64,000 nucleotides of DNA, from the NCBI GenBank assembly GCA_963796275.1, contig CAWCKY010000004.1, positions 544,001-608,000 of the forward strand. Reading direction: 5' to 3'. The notes beneath the pieces are model-generated. The model saw only the letters and a program-made list of their open reading frames with translations, was not told the DNA's origin and did not search any database. Source of the DNA: an uncultured Acidobacteriota bacterium. GTDB lineage: Bacteria; Acidobacteriota; Blastocatellia; RBC074. Positions within the stretch are counted from its first letter, which is position 1. The number at the start of each line of letters is the position of its first letter. The translations under genes and the position numbers were made by a program. This document shows positions 52,201 to 63,438 of the stretch, piece by piece.

Positions 52201-52797
52201 CTGGGTCGTGTTGGATACGCCATCGAGTTGGAAAGAGTTCTGCTCCGAGCGTGTTCCGCCGATGCTGATCCCGCCGCCGGCCTCCACTCCGGGCTGCCCC
52301 GAGGTGACGCCCGGCACCAGCGTAGCAAGCGTGACGAAGTTGCGGCCGTTTATCGGCAAATCGACTATCTTCTTTTGATTGATCGCGCCGCCGACCGAGG
52401 AGTTCTCCGATTGAAGCAATTGCGCCGTACCCTGTATCTCGACCACGGAGGTCAATTCGCCGACCTCTAGTTCTACGTCCAGTCGCGCGGTCTGATTGAT
52501 CTCCACCAGAAATCTCCGGTAACTGCGCCGGCGGAACCCCGGCAGTTCGGCCGAGATATCGTAGCTCCCGGGCTTGAGGCCCGGCAGGTTAAAGTTACCG
52601 GTCTCATTCGTGTTCGTCTCCCGCTCGAACCCTGTTCCGGGATCGCGAACGATAACCCTGACACCGGCCAGCGCGGCCCCCGCAGGATCGGTAATTTTTC
52701 CGGTAACGGTTGCCGTGCCCGACTGTGCAAAAAGCGAACCTGTGCCGAGCAGGACCAATAGGGGGAGAATTAGAAGACTCCTGGTGCGGTAATGCAT
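49273..52797 (-). CDS. TonB-dependent receptor
   Basis: Signal peptide, DLPINGRNF, DAIQEFKI, TKSGTNELHG, PRIIQFGLKLIF. Confidence 0.95.
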   Translation of the reverse strand: MHYRTRSLLILPLLVLLGTGSLFAQSGTATVTGKITDPAGAALAGVRVIVRDPGTGFERETNTNETGNFNLPGLKPGSYDISAELPGFRRRSYRRFLVEINQTARLDVELEVGELTSVVEIQGTAQLLQSENSSVGGAINQKKIVDLPINGRNFVTLATLVPGVTSGQPGVEAGGGISIGGTRSEQNSFQLDGVSNTTQWDSGISFRPSIDAIQEFKIEVNNYAAEYGRSAGGQISVVTKSGTNELHGTIYEFHRNDAFQARNYFDRNPNFVNEKGDFIAPPLIRNEFGTAVGGPIVKNKTFFFGDYQGFRQIRGNVGLRAVPSDAFKTGDFSSILGDVIGTDSLGRQVRANQLYDPRSSRPVPNQTNRFLRDPFPENKIPLDRFDPVARAIMEKGLWPDSNTAGTRDDRTGNPVNNFFDTRSTRDFADQFMIRIDHRFTENDSFYARYGFNDSDGLAPGSFPGNERLNLNRQQVIGASYTKAISASTVNEFRFGYQRARPESGAQRIFDGINLVQELGIRGLPLAGSGAPVISITGFTSIDDGGESRRGDHTFQFIDQISFNKGRHFFKVGAEVRRIKLDVFNIPANTRGDFNFGNQEWTGLEGFPGTGNTFANFLLGLPRQKARRPGDHTSFLRATEYAGFFQDDFKFSSRLTVNYGVRYQLYVPPKETRNNISAIRIPRFPGSFAEGGIAFCKDRQKCASLPATLDPLNLGLTLDDLRVDMLPQIVVAGREVPRSLVDTEKFNFGPRLGIAFRLTQKTVIRTGYGLFYDTVPVSYFQDAVENLPFVREDQQSLSSFQFGQATPETFIGYLLDDPPIGSFTPGPNTYGINFRNAYVQHWNFGVQQQLGNNLVAEIAYAGNKGTRLNRRENFNTREPRSPNAVIPTSVNPHLRRLLPFAVFDGQLITLDNWFETTSTAFSTYHSLLSRLEKRFSGGLTFISAFTWSKAISDAQPFGGGDNDTGNRIQDIFNRYADKGLASFDYRFRFVTSFIYELPFGQGTRGILGKRLGANASGIVEHLIGGWQLNGIVSLQSGYPLTIRSSGDPLGIGTDGAVRPDQICNPKLSESARTRNPASGGVTFFDGSCFSAPADRFGTAGRSTVTSPGTNVIDLAIFKNIRIREKMQLQFRSEFFNAFNHPNWGQPGRDVGSSNFGIVTSARDPRIIQFGLKLIF

Positions 52798-53566
52798 GCT
52801 GACCTCCTGTATTGTGGGCCAGACTGTCGATTCACCACGGATTTGCGCGGATGCGACGGATGCTACTCACCGATTTGATTCGTGAAAATCCGCCGCGTCC
52901 ATATTCAATCCATGGAAAGTTGACACCATAAACTGAGGCGTTACTAACAATGACCTCGTTAAAAAAGTCGCTCAAGTTATGAGCAAGCTATAATTAGTAT
53001 ATTTGGATAGTAAGATGATGGGATTATAGTATCGCTCAGGCAACCCGGGGAGTGACATAGAGTAAATCGAGGTAAACAGAGGCGCAAACGGCAATTCTGT
53101 AACATAAAGTAAACACGCTTCTTGACCGATTATAGCTGATTCGGAGAGGAGAAAAGGTTATGTTACGGTAAACCGGTGAGTTGTGCTCTTGCAGCCACAG
53201 AGCAGTTACGATTTTATACTCGTTCCATACGAGAAGAAAAGAAGCCAGGTTAATGGAATTATATTTGCCCAAGAACGGGTTGGTGTGTATGATATCAGCG
53301 CCGTAAAGCCATAGCTGTTACAGGTAGTGCCCATTATGCGCTATGGCAGCACCTTGCCAGACGAAAATCAAAAGAGAGCAATCATCGTAAAGAGGTCGGC
53401 GATTAAACATTGATTACTAGCAGATCGCCTTATCCACCAGAAACCCAAAGTGACGGCCGGAACGGTGACTGCGGCTAGTCCTAAGGTCAGGTATAAAATT
53501 TTCATCCCCACAGGCGTGATATTCAGGCAAACGAATAATCCCGAGTGATAAAGGAGTGTTCCCCTT

Positions 53567-56500
53567 ATGAAAACCACACATATATGCCAAAGAATGAGAA
53601 GAAGTGTCGGATATGCAATGATGACGATGTTCGCTGCCCTTTACTTCTCTGCGGGGGTTTTCGCACAGCGTACAACTGGAAACATCGAAGGCACGGTGAG
53701 TGATGCGAACGGCGCGGTAGTTCCCGGTGTCAACATTACCGCGACCGGGGTTTCAGTGGGTTTCAGCCGAACAACGCAAAGCGATAGTCAGGGTGTTTTT
53801 CGCTTTCAACAAATTCCAGCGGGCACATACAAAATCACGACTGTGGCTACTGCTGGTTTTACGGCAGCGACGGTAGAAGATGTCACCGTAACAATTGAGA
53901 ACGTCACTGTCGTCAATATTAAGCTCGGAATCGCCTCAACAACCGAATCGGTGGTCGTGACGAGCGATGCGCTGGGCGTCAACCTTGAGACGACCGATAG
54001 TAAAGTGCAGACAAACATCACCTCGAAGTTGATCGATCAATTGCCGAAAGGTGTTAGCTTCGACTCTCTCCTGAAAATTTCACCGGCAACCAGATCTGAA
54101 CCCCTCGCGGGTGGTTTTCAGGTCGACGGGGCTTCGGGTTCAGAGAATACGTTTATAATTGATGGTATACCTCTTGAGAATTTCAGGACCGGCGAGCTCA
54201 ACCGGGTCAACAATTTCCCGACAGCGCTGATTTCAGAGATTCAGATAAAAACTGGCGGGTTCGAAGCCGAGCACGGCGGAGCATCGGGCGGTGTCATTGC
54301 TATTGCGACCAAATCGGGTGCGGACACTTTTCATGGTGAAATTGGCTCTCAGTTTGAACCCAGCGCCCTTCAACCCGGCCCTCGGGCCGCACCATCTCGC
54401 TTTGTTTCGGACAACTCCTCGCCCGAAGAGATCGCGGCCAATCCTGACTATGTCTATTTGCTGAGACAGAATCGGGATAGATTCTCTGAATTTCTTCCCG
54501 ACTGCAACTTTTTCGGGGCCATTGGTCAAAGGTCGAGCATGGTTCTTAGGAAGTTATTCTCCACAAATTAGTAGAAGGACGCGCGTCTCTAATTTCATTG
54601 CTCCAATCAGCAACGCGAATTTTTCTACCGGTAGTTTCGTTCCCCTGCCGCGACTCTCGTCGGGAAAACCACTTCCACCGCTCACGTACAAAGCGAATAC
54701 CAAAAACGAATATGCCTTTTCCCGAGTGGATGCTCAGATTCTCAATAACCTGAGAGGTTATGTAACCTATTTGTGGAACCCACAAATTAACGATGGAGTG
54801 ATTCCTTTCGCAAGCATAACGACCGACAATCCGGTCAATGTTGTATACGCTGGGAATTCCTATCCTTCCGATCAGTATAATGGCCTTAGAGGTGGGCGTG
54901 TGAATTCAAATAACTTCAATGGGCAGCTTGTGTATACCATAAGCCCCAGAATGGTTGCGGCGTTCCGCTATGGCCGCGAATTTCTGAATGAGAAAGGAAA
55001 CAACTATTGGATTCCCAATGAAACTCGCTCCAGGTGCCTTGGAGCCCAAAGCGCTTATACAAGAATCACAACAGGTTGCCCAGGCGGCAGGGGCTATCAA
55101 AATGTCACCACTAACGACATTACTATAGGCGACGTATCGTTAAGGAATGATTACAACGCAGATGTTACTTTCTTACCTGGCCAGTTTGCCGGCAAACACG
55201 AGTTCAAGGGCGGTTATCAATATGGTCGAATCGTTAATGATGTACTTAACGGTAATACTGAGACAGGTACTGTGGAGATTTTTTATGGTTTGGATTATGC
55301 GCTAGCAAACACAGGCGTGAGCCTGCCTTGCGCACTTGGAACAGCAAGCTGTATTGGGGTCGGGAGGTATACCAGATTCGGTACGAAAGGGGTTGCTCGA
55401 AATAACTATCAGGGTATGTACATTCAGGACAAATGGCAGCCCACCGGACGGCTTAGTTTGAATCTGGGTGTTCGACTGGAGAAGGAAAATCTGCCTTCAT
55501 TTAATGCCGGCGATGTTTTGGCAGGGGCGCCAGTCGCCCCCATTAAAATTGGCTGGGGCAAGAAGATTGCCCCACGCTTGGGTGGCGCCTATGACCCGTT
55601 CGGGACCGGGAAAACGAAAATATTTGCCAGTTATGGCTGGTTTTATGATCGTCTGAGATTTGAATTACCGCGCGGATCATTCGGCGGTCAATTTTTTCGG
55701 GTTGATTATTTCCCGATCACTGCCGACCATCCGAATTACGACTACTATACGCCGGCCAGGGTTTTGGGGAACTTCACCGATCCGCGAGGCGGCGGCAATC
55801 CCTCCGCAGTTGGCGGGTTAAGCCAACTACAAAGAGACTTTCGCATTCCGTCAAACCTGACCGAATCTCAATTCAACGCGTTAGGGCTCCTCGTCACGGG
55901 TGTCGATCCCGACCTGAAACCCTTTCGTCAAAGCGAAGTCACGGTAGGTGTTGAAAGAGAACTGGCGAGTAGTTACGTTTTGTCGGTTCGCTTCAGCCGC
56001 AAGAATGTCGACCATGCCATCGAAGACCACGCCATTCTTGGAATAAACGAAGCAGAAAACTATCCTATCGGTAATCCTGGCGAAGGTCTGGATTTGAGGC
56101 TCGATCAGGCAACCGGATATGTCAAATCGGCAAAACCGCAGCGTTTGTATCGGGCGCTGGAGATCACCCTTAACAAACGACTATCAAATAACTACTTCTT
56201 CAATGCGAGCTATACCCTGAGCAGTTTGTACGGCAACTATTCAGGACTGGCAAGCTCTGATGAAGACGGGCGCAATTCCCCAGCAGTGAATCGCTTCTTT
56301 GACTACGCCATTAACGGGTTCACGGCAACCGGGGCACCTGATAATGGCAATTTGGCGACCGATCGCCGGCATGCCTTCAAGGCATTTGGTGGATACGTGT
56401 TCGATAAATGGAAAAATAAGGCGCATTCAACCGATCTATCTTTCTTCTATCTAGCGCTGCATGGAACTCCACAGACGACGACGATTAACGTTGTTGCTAC

Positions 56501-56924
56501 TGAAATTCCTTTATCAAAACGAGGCGACCTGGGAAGAACACCGATTCTCACCCAGACAGACCTTGCGTTGACGCATCGTTACAAATTCGGGAAAGATGAG
56601 CGTTATGGGCTGGCCTTCTCTTTCAATGTCTTGAACGTCTTCAACCAAAATACCGTGACGAGGCTGAATACTAGTAGATATCGGGTGACAGACACTATCG
56701 CGGCGGAGGATATCGATCCGAACTACGATGCCGAAACACAAACGTTGACAGCGGTTCTGAATCAAATTCTGAGCGGACAAATCGGACCGCAGCTCAATCA
56801 ACTCGAAAATGGCGGCCTTGCGAGTTTGGATGACAGACCAAATCCGTATAGCAGTCTATACGGCCAACCTAACACATATCAGGGCGCCCGTAGCGTCAGA
56901 TTCGGTTTACGATTCACTTTCTAG
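53567..56924 (+). CDS. TonB-dependent receptor, frameshifted near 54484
   Basis: N-half (FQVDGASGSEN, KTGGFEAEHGG) and C-half (QDKWQP, RSVRFGLRFTF) join if one base is removed (..RF LNFFPTATFSGPLVKG). Confidence 0.88.
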
Positions 56925-56960
56925 ATGAGTCAGTAAGCAAAGGGAAATGAAAAAGTAAAA

Positions 56961-57004
56961 TAGGCAAGGAGCGATAATTACGGGATTATCGCTCTTTTGC
57001 CTTA
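56961..57004. terminator. Hairpin between convergent TBDR genes (probable bidirectional terminator)
   Basis: AGGCAAGGAGCGATAAT-TACGGG-ATTATCGCTCTTTTGCCT. Confidence 0.7.
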
Positions 57005-57026
57005 TCACGCCCAATGTGTAGCCCTT

Positions 57027-60000
57027 TTAGAAGGTGAGCGTGGCTCGCAGATTCATGCTGCGGTTACCGCCCGGAGCCCCTATTATGCCGAATGTGTCGC
57101 TGGAGACATTTAACGCCCCGGGGGGCGTGTCAATATTGCCGCCGAAGCCCCATCTCGGGTGATTCAAAACGTTGTTGAAGCCGGCAAATATCTGGAAGCG
57201 AACCTTTTCGGTAAACTGGAAGGTCTTCGTCATCGAAACATCCCATTGAAACCTATTCTTGTCGCGGAGATACAGAAACTGCCCGAATTCACCAGGGGTC
57301 TTGTTCGGGAGCAGGTACTGAGGATTAGCCATGCCAGTCGTCTGGTCGATCAGCCGCGGGTCGACAGCGAGCCGTTGCACATCCGTAATGTCCGATCTAT
57401 TTGAGCGGGTCAGCGGCGCGTCGAACATTTCTTGAATCTGCTCCAGGGTAACACCAGGAGCAAGCCTTACACCATTTGAAAAATTGTTGTTAGTATTGAC
57501 CGTCGGAAACCCTCCTGTCAGTTGGATAGGTTGCCCGGTATGAAATACAAAGATCGAGCCCAGGGTCCAGCCGCCGACCACGCCGTCGAGCAAGCGATTG
57601 TTGACCGATAGCCACCGTCCACGACCGACTGGCAGATCATAAGTCCCAGATGACTGGAAGACGTGCGTAATATCAAAAAAAGATACCCGGCGGTCTCGGT
57701 CAATATCACGCCAGGTTATGAAATCGCGGCTCTGGGTCTGATTGTTCGCATTGAGATTGGTCAAACTCTTGCTCCAGGTGTAATTGGTCGTCCAATTCAG
57801 CCCCTTTGAGAAACGCTGCCGGAACTGAATCTGTAGACCATTGTAACTATGCCAGCCGGTGTCATCCACGTAGTTTATGCGACCGGCAGAGAAGGGATTG
57901 AGCAGGAAGAAGTTGATTGGAGTAAGCCCTGGCGCGTTGTAATTCGGATTTATCCGGAGGCAAGGACTGAAGGCGTTGCCGAACATGCGGCAGACATAGT
58001 CCCGGTTAGTAGCGAGAGTGTTGGCCAGTGAACCGGCTGCGCCGTTATCCAGGTCCGTGATGAACGCGGGGTTGGCATACCCGGAATTGGCTACGATCGC
58101 CCCGACATTGCCTCGTGGTCCGAATGCCGCGTCGAAGATGGGAAGAGCAACCTGGCCTGGCAGCCCTGAATTACCGAAGGTGCAGGCTGGCTGGCCAGTT
58201 TGGCCGCAATTCGGATTAACATTTCTGTAAACACCTAAATTCCGTTGCGCGTTCTTGAATTCCTCTAGAAATCCGTTCTCGAATATGTTGACCTCATTCA
58301 AATTGCTTGTGCGCCAGGCGAGCTTCGATTGATTCCCCACATAGTTTATCTCCAGCGCACTGTCCTTCCATAACTCGCGCTGGATCCCGAAGGTCCAATT
58401 GACTGTATACGGGGCGCGTAGTGTGGGGTCGAATCCCCTGAGGTCCCGCGCGAATGTCTGATCCGCCTGATTGATGACCTGCCTATAGTCGGTAGCGGTA
58501 AATGCGAATGATGAGGCAGTCAGCGGATTGGCCACGATGTCCGAGAGCGTGTAGAACGCCGGCAGCGATGTCTGTCCCGTTTGTCCCGGTATGAGCGCAG
58601 TCGCATTGATCATCTTACCTGCATTGGGACCGAGGTTCGCCGCAAACATCTGCGTCCCTTCGTCGTAAACGATCACCGAATAGGAACTGCGAATTACGGT
58701 CTTCGAATCACCGAAAAGTTTGCCCAGAAACCCCTTTGTTATCGAGGGATTCCACGCGAAACCGAAGTTGGGGGCGAAATTGAGCCAGTCTGTCTTGTAT
58801 GGCACCCGGCCAACTTCCACCGTAGGGTTATTGTTACCGCTGAGTTCGCCTGGAGCAAACAGCTTTTTCGAAGGACCGAAAAGGCTTGCCATATCCGGAG
58901 CCGCAGTAATTCCCTTAACATCGTTCATTGGGCCTTGAACCTCCCAGCGTAATCCGTAATTCAATGTCAGGCTCGGTCTGATACGCCAGCGATCCTGTAC
59001 GTAGGCGCCGCCCATAAGCGAGCTCGTCCAGGTGAAGTTTTGGAGGCCGTCGTATTTGAGAGTGTCAGGATTGACGACTCGTTGGAAGTTTGCGGCTGAG
59101 ACTCTGCCGGTCAACAGGTTGTAAAGTGCCACAGGATTACCCAGGTCGTTGCTGTTGATACCGGGTAAAGTAGCTGGAGTGAACGCACTGCTCACTCCCA
59201 ATGGGTCTCCCGCCGGCGTACCGGTAGTATAAGTGGGAACCTGATAAATTATTCCGACATCCTTCCAATCTGACTTGCGGTAGCTGCCGCCGATCGTGAT
59301 GGTATGCTGCCCGCTGGTCAGCGTCATCGTATCGTAGATCGTGGTGATGTAATGGCGTCCGGCAACGTTTTGCTGGTCAATGAATGGAACAACCGGGCTC
59401 GTCGGACTCCCCTGGCCAACGGCATTTGCGAACTGCAAATTGCCGCCGATTCGTAATGGCACATTATTGTACTGATAATAAGGGCCATATTCGTCGCGCG
59501 TGTTGGTATCACCGCTGTGCTGTACGCCGTATCGAAATTCGTTGATGATTTTGGATGAAAGTGTAGATTGCAGCGCCCCGGAATATGCGAAGTAGCCGAT
59601 GCGGAACGGATTGGTCCTCTGGATGTCGGGTACCGGTATGCGCCTCTCGCCAGGTTGCCAACTATGCCTGTAGTTCCAGGTAAAGGTCAACTGTTGTTTC
59701 GGCGTGACGAAATAATCCAGCCGCGTTGCCGGGAAAAACTCTGTCTGGTTATTTTCGGCATTCCACGTATATGCGTTTCGGTTGGGATCGCCGTCCGCAA
59801 TCTGTGTGGCGAACTGTGGTATCTGATTGTTAATGCCGAGGATATCTTGCGCGATCGGATCGAGCCTCGTCGGCAGGCCCCTCCCAGCGGCAATATCCAG
59901 CACGTTGACGGTATTGAACTGACCGTTGTCGACTCTCCGATAGGTAAAGTCGCCTCTCTGAGCTTCCGACGTCAAAACCGAAACGGTACGGGGATTTGTA

Positions 60001-60971
60001 AGCGGGTGATAACTTCGCTCGAAATTGACAAAAAAGAATAACTTCTCCTTGAAGGAACCGAAGGGCAGAAGCGGACCGCCGATATTTCCCCCATAGTCAT
60101 GCCAGCGTTCATAGGAGCGATCCAGGCCCCGGGCATTTCTGTCCCATCCATTGGCATTGAATTGTTCACTGCGAGGCTCGTAGAAGACGCTGCCATGGTA
60201 CTCTCTGCCTCCGCGCTTGGTAACGAACTTGATATTCGCGCCGGATTGCGCGCCCGAGTCCGCTCCAAGGCCGCCGGTCTCCACTACCACCTCCTCGACC
60301 GCGCCCAAACGCACCGGAACGGTTGCGAAGAATACATTCCCGCCGCTCTTAAATCCGTTCGAGGCATTATTGATCCCGTCAATCGTCACGTTGACGGCGC
60401 CGCCAGCCAGGTTGTTGTACCGTGCGTCGCCGGTGATCGGAGGAGAAGCTCCAGGGGCGAGCCTTGCCAGATTGAGAAGATTGCCGCGGTTTGCCAGAGG
60501 CAATTCGGTAATCGTTTTTGGAAGAAGAGTGCTCGCCATCAACTGAGAAGAAGTCTCCAACGTTTGCGAAGGGCCTCCCTCAACTGTGACGACTTGTGTC
60601 GCCACCCCCACCTCCAGGCTGACCCGTATATCCGTAGTCTGGTTTGTCGATACAGAAATATTGGAAAGGACCGATGTTTGAAACCCCGGCGCCGTCACGG
60701 TTATCTCATACAAACCGGTGGCTAAATCCGAAAACAGGAAAGTACCACCCCCTGTCGAGGCAGTCTCCTTCTTGATGCCGGTCTTGGTGTCCTGCAAGAC
60801 AACGCTGGCATTCGGGATCACGGCGCCGGTCTGATCCTGAATCGTTCCGGAGATCGATCCGACAATCCGCAACTGCGCCTGGACCATTGGCTCGCTCGCT
60901 AAAAATAAAACCACCACCACTAACATTTTTAACAACACTTCACCCTGACTCTGCGCCATCTGTCCTCTCAT
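57027..60971 (-). CDS. TonB-dependent receptor (large)
   Basis: N-terminal GTIQDQTGAVIPNA domain, ELPLANR, YVQDRWRI..LRWE, RSMNLRATLTF; RBS AGGAGG before ATG 60971. Confidence 0.94.
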   Translation of the reverse strand: MRGQMAQSQGEVLLKMLVVVVLFLASEPMVQAQLRIVGSISGTIQDQTGAVIPNASVVLQDTKTGIKKETASTGGGTFLFSDLATGLYEITVTAPGFQTSVLSNISVSTNQTTDIRVSLEVGVATQVVTVEGGPSQTLETSSQLMASTLLPKTITELPLANRGNLLNLARLAPGASPPITGDARYNNLAGGAVNVTIDGINNASNGFKSGGNVFFATVPVRLGAVEEVVVETGGLGADSGAQSGANIKFVTKRGGREYHGSVFYEPRSEQFNANGWDRNARGLDRSYERWHDYGGNIGGPLLPFGSFKEKLFFFVNFERSYHPLTNPRTVSVLTSEAQRGDFTYRRVDNGQFNTVNVLDIAAGRGLPTRLDPIAQDILGINNQIPQFATQIADGDPNRNAYTWNAENNQTEFFPATRLDYFVTPKQQLTFTWNYRHSWQPGERRIPVPDIQRTNPFRIGYFAYSGALQSTLSSKIINEFRYGVQHSGDTNTRDEYGPYYQYNNVPLRIGGNLQFANAVGQGSPTSPVVPFIDQQNVAGRHYITTIYDTMTLTSGQHTITIGGSYRKSDWKDVGIIYQVPTYTTGTPAGDPLGVSSAFTPATLPGINSNDLGNPVALYNLLTGRVSAANFQRVVNPDTLKYDGLQNFTWTSSLMGGAYVQDRWRIRPSLTLNYGLRWEVQGPMNDVKGITAAPDMASLFGPSKKLFAPGELSGNNNPTVEVGRVPYKTDWLNFAPNFGFAWNPSITKGFLGKLFGDSKTVIRSSYSVIVYDEGTQMFAANLGPNAGKMINATALIPGQTGQTSLPAFYTLSDIVANPLTASSFAFTATDYRQVINQADQTFARDLRGFDPTLRAPYTVNWTFGIQRELWKDSALEINYVGNQSKLAWRTSNLNEVNIFENGFLEEFKNAQRNLGVYRNVNPNCGQTGQPACTFGNSGLPGQVALPIFDAAFGPRGNVGAIVANSGYANPAFITDLDNGAAGSLANTLATNRDYVCRMFGNAFSPCLRINPNYNAPGLTPINFFLLNPFSAGRINYVDDTGWHSYNGLQIQFRQRFSKGLNWTTNYTWSKSLTNLNANNQTQSRDFITWRDIDRDRRVSFFDITHVFQSSGTYDLPVGRGRWLSVNNRLLDGVVGGWTLGSIFVFHTGQPIQLTGGFPTVNTNNNFSNGVRLAPGVTLEQIQEMFDAPLTRSNRSDITDVQRLAVDPRLIDQTTGMANPQYLLPNKTPGEFGQFLYLRDKNRFQWDVSMTKTFQFTEKVRFQIFAGFNNVLNHPRWGFGGNIDTPPGALNVSSDTFGIIGAPGGNRSMNLRATLTF

Positions 60972-61137
60972 AACCAAGACCTCCTGTGCTCAATTTTGCC
61001 GATTTCAAACAAGGGTTTATCGCAAATACAGTAGAAATGAACTCAGCGTAAATAGATCACCGTTGGAGTAGGAATGTCTTGGATTGAGTTAGGATGGCAT
61101 GAATCCGGTTAGGAAATTCACAATAAAAATTGCATAG

Positions 61138-61240
61138 CAGTTTTCAGTTTTCAGTTGGAAATTATTATTGAAAACTGAAACCCGAAAACCTTAAACAAAA
61201 ACTGAAAACTAAAAACTGAAAACTGAAAACTGAAAACTGT
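61138..61240. repeat. AAAACTG heptamer arrays, inverted
   Basis: CAGTTTTCAGTTTTCAGTT ... AAAACTGAAAACTAAAAACTGAAAACTGAAAACTGAAAACTG. Confidence 0.85.
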
Positions 61241-61241
61241 T

Positions 61242-62646
61242 TTACGCCAAAATCTCCTTGATCACGCGCCCATGGACATCGGTCAGCCGCATATCGCGGC
61301 CATTGAAGCGATATGTCAGCTTCTCGTGATCGAGCCCGAGCAGATGCAGGATGGTTGAGTGGAGTTCGTAGATGGATTTTCTGTTCTCGATGGCGCGGTA
61401 GCCGTACTGGTCGGTCGCTCCTACGATGGTTCCGCCTTTGACGCCGCCGCCGGCGAGCCAGGCGCTAAAGCCGTTCGCGTTGTGATCGCGTCCGTCCATC
61501 CGCTCCGAGATCGGCAGCCGTCCAAACTCGCCGTGCCAGATGATCAGCGTCGAATCGAACAACCCGCGGCTCTTGAGGTCTTTGATGAGGCCGGCGATCG
61601 GCTTGTCTGTTTCGGCGCAGTGCAGGCCGTGGTTCCCTTTGAGTATCCCAGTGCGCATCCCAGCTCGGCTCGAAATTGCCGCCGCCCGAAAATATCTGGA
61701 CGAAGCGCACGCCGCGCTCGACCAGCCTGCGCGCCATCAACGCCTGGCGCCCGAAATAATCCGTCGGCTTCTCGCCCACGCCGTAGAGTTTTTGCGTGGC
61801 CGGCGATTCCCTGCTGATATCTATCGCGTCGCCGGCATGAGTTTGCATGCGGAATGCCAGCTCGTAGGAATAGATACGGGCCGAGAGCTCGCTGTCATCC
61901 GGGTTGTGCGCCAGATGTTTTTCATTGAGCTCATTCATCAACCTGAGCCATTTTTTCTGTTGCTCCGGCGTGCGCCCTTCAGGCGGATGCAGATCGACGA
62001 TCGGGTCGCCGCTGTCGCGGAAAGGCGTGCCTTGATAGGCCGCAGGCATGTAGCCGTTTCCCCAATTGGGAGCGCCATTGATCGGCCCACCGCGGTAGTC
62101 GGTGAGGACGATGAAACCCGGCAGATTCTCGTTCTCGCTGCCCAACCCGTAAGTAACCCAACTCCCGACGCTGGGATGCCCGGCGAGGATGCTGCCCGTG
62201 CTCATCTGGAAAATCGCCGGTCCGTGTGCCGGACTGAGCGCATACATCGAACGGATCAACGCCAGATCATCCGCATGCTCCGCCACGTGGGGGAAGAGCT
62301 CCGATATCTCCATTCCACACTGTCCGTGCTTGCGGAATTGCCATGGTGAGGGCATCAAACCGCCCGGTGTGCCCATCGTCGGCCGCACCTCGCCCACTCC
62401 CGTCATCGTCTCGCCTTGCCGTTTCAATAGCTCGGGCTTCGGATCGAAGGTATCGACCTGGCTCACGCCCCCGTAGCAGAAGATAGAGATCACGGCTTTC
62501 GCTTTTGCGGGAAAGTGCGGCTTCCTGGGCGCAAGCGGCGACCTCGCATCGGCCAACAGCCCATTGCGATTGAGCAGATCGGCGAAGGCGACGCCGGCTA
62601 TACCGCCGCCAAGCCTGTGTAAAAGCTCTCTTCGTGAATAAATCAT
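61242..62646 (-). CDS. DUF1501 domain protein (Tat signal), frameshifted near 61644
   Basis: [32 protein letters not shown]; removing one base gives WDAHWDLKGNH...GEFGR...RDHN. Confidence 0.9.
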
Positions 62647-62670
62647 AAAATTTTGAAGATCATGAGCGCC

Positions 62671-62704
62671 AATCAGTACCGCGAGCGGTAGCGAGCGAGA
62701 CTTC
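62671..62704 (+). repeat. REP-like repeat (left of RAYT)
   Basis: AATCAGTACCGCGAGCGGTAGCGAGCGAGACTTC with hairpin TACCGC-GA-GCGGTA. Confidence 0.85.
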
Positions 62705-62754
62705 AGGATAGAGCCGTACTTACAACTGACTGCGACACTGGTTCAGTGAGATGC

Positions 62755-63294
62755 TCACTCATCATCCCATTCATCAAAGTTTGGTAATTCACCGCCCTGA
62801 CCGTGGATAACGTAATCAATAGCACGGGCAACACTCTTTTCGTTCCACAAATATCGAGTACTGCCATGTCGCGACCAGGGTTTGAGTCCACGTTGCCAGA
62901 CCGAGCAGTTAATCATCATCGTCGTGGCGTTCGCCTTAAACGCATTCATCACCAACTCAGGTTTACGATTTGCGGTGACAACTGAATGAACATGATTTGT
63001 CCTGACATTGATTGCCTTCAATACCCAACCACGAATATCGCAAGCCTCACGTATTGCTGTTTCAACCGCAGATCGACGTGCCACGGTCAATTCGACTGGA
63101 TCACGTTTCATGCGCAATCGCATTTCATGCTTTTTCTCTTCATCTGGTGGAAGCGTTGGGGTTCCATAAATATTATTATTACGGTCGACCGAGCCGCGAT
63201 CGTCTCCATGTAACCAGTATCCATAACAGCGAAAGGAAATGAAATAGGCAAGAGGCACGCCACTCAGATTGAATTCAGTATCCGAATCTGACAT
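62755..63294 (-). mobile_element. REP-associated tyrosine transposase (RAYT; IS200/IS605 Y1 HUH superfamily)
   Basis: YFISFRCYG N-terminus, NHVH HUH motif, FKA, W...YV catalytic Tyr region; flanked by palindromic repeats. Confidence 0.85.
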
Positions 63295-63325
63295 TACTGT
63301 TATTGAAGCCTTTTTCGGAAGTTCG

Positions 63326-63428
63326 GAAGTCTCGCTAGCTACCGCTCGCGGTACTGATTACTATAGAGTCTCGCTCGCCACCGCAATAATAAGCGACGAT
63401 AATCAGTACCGCGATCGGTAGCTAGCGA
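63326..63428. repeat. Cluster of REP-like repeats (right of RAYT)
   Basis: 63326-63359 is the inverted copy of 62671-62704 with one mismatch; partial copy 63367-63384; direct copy 63401-63428. Confidence 0.85.
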
Positions 63429-63438
63429 AAGCGAAAAT

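Noticed and set aside
53343-53358. TGGCAGCACCTTGC as a sigma54 promoter
   Set aside because: GG-GC spacing is 9 nt, not the required 10.
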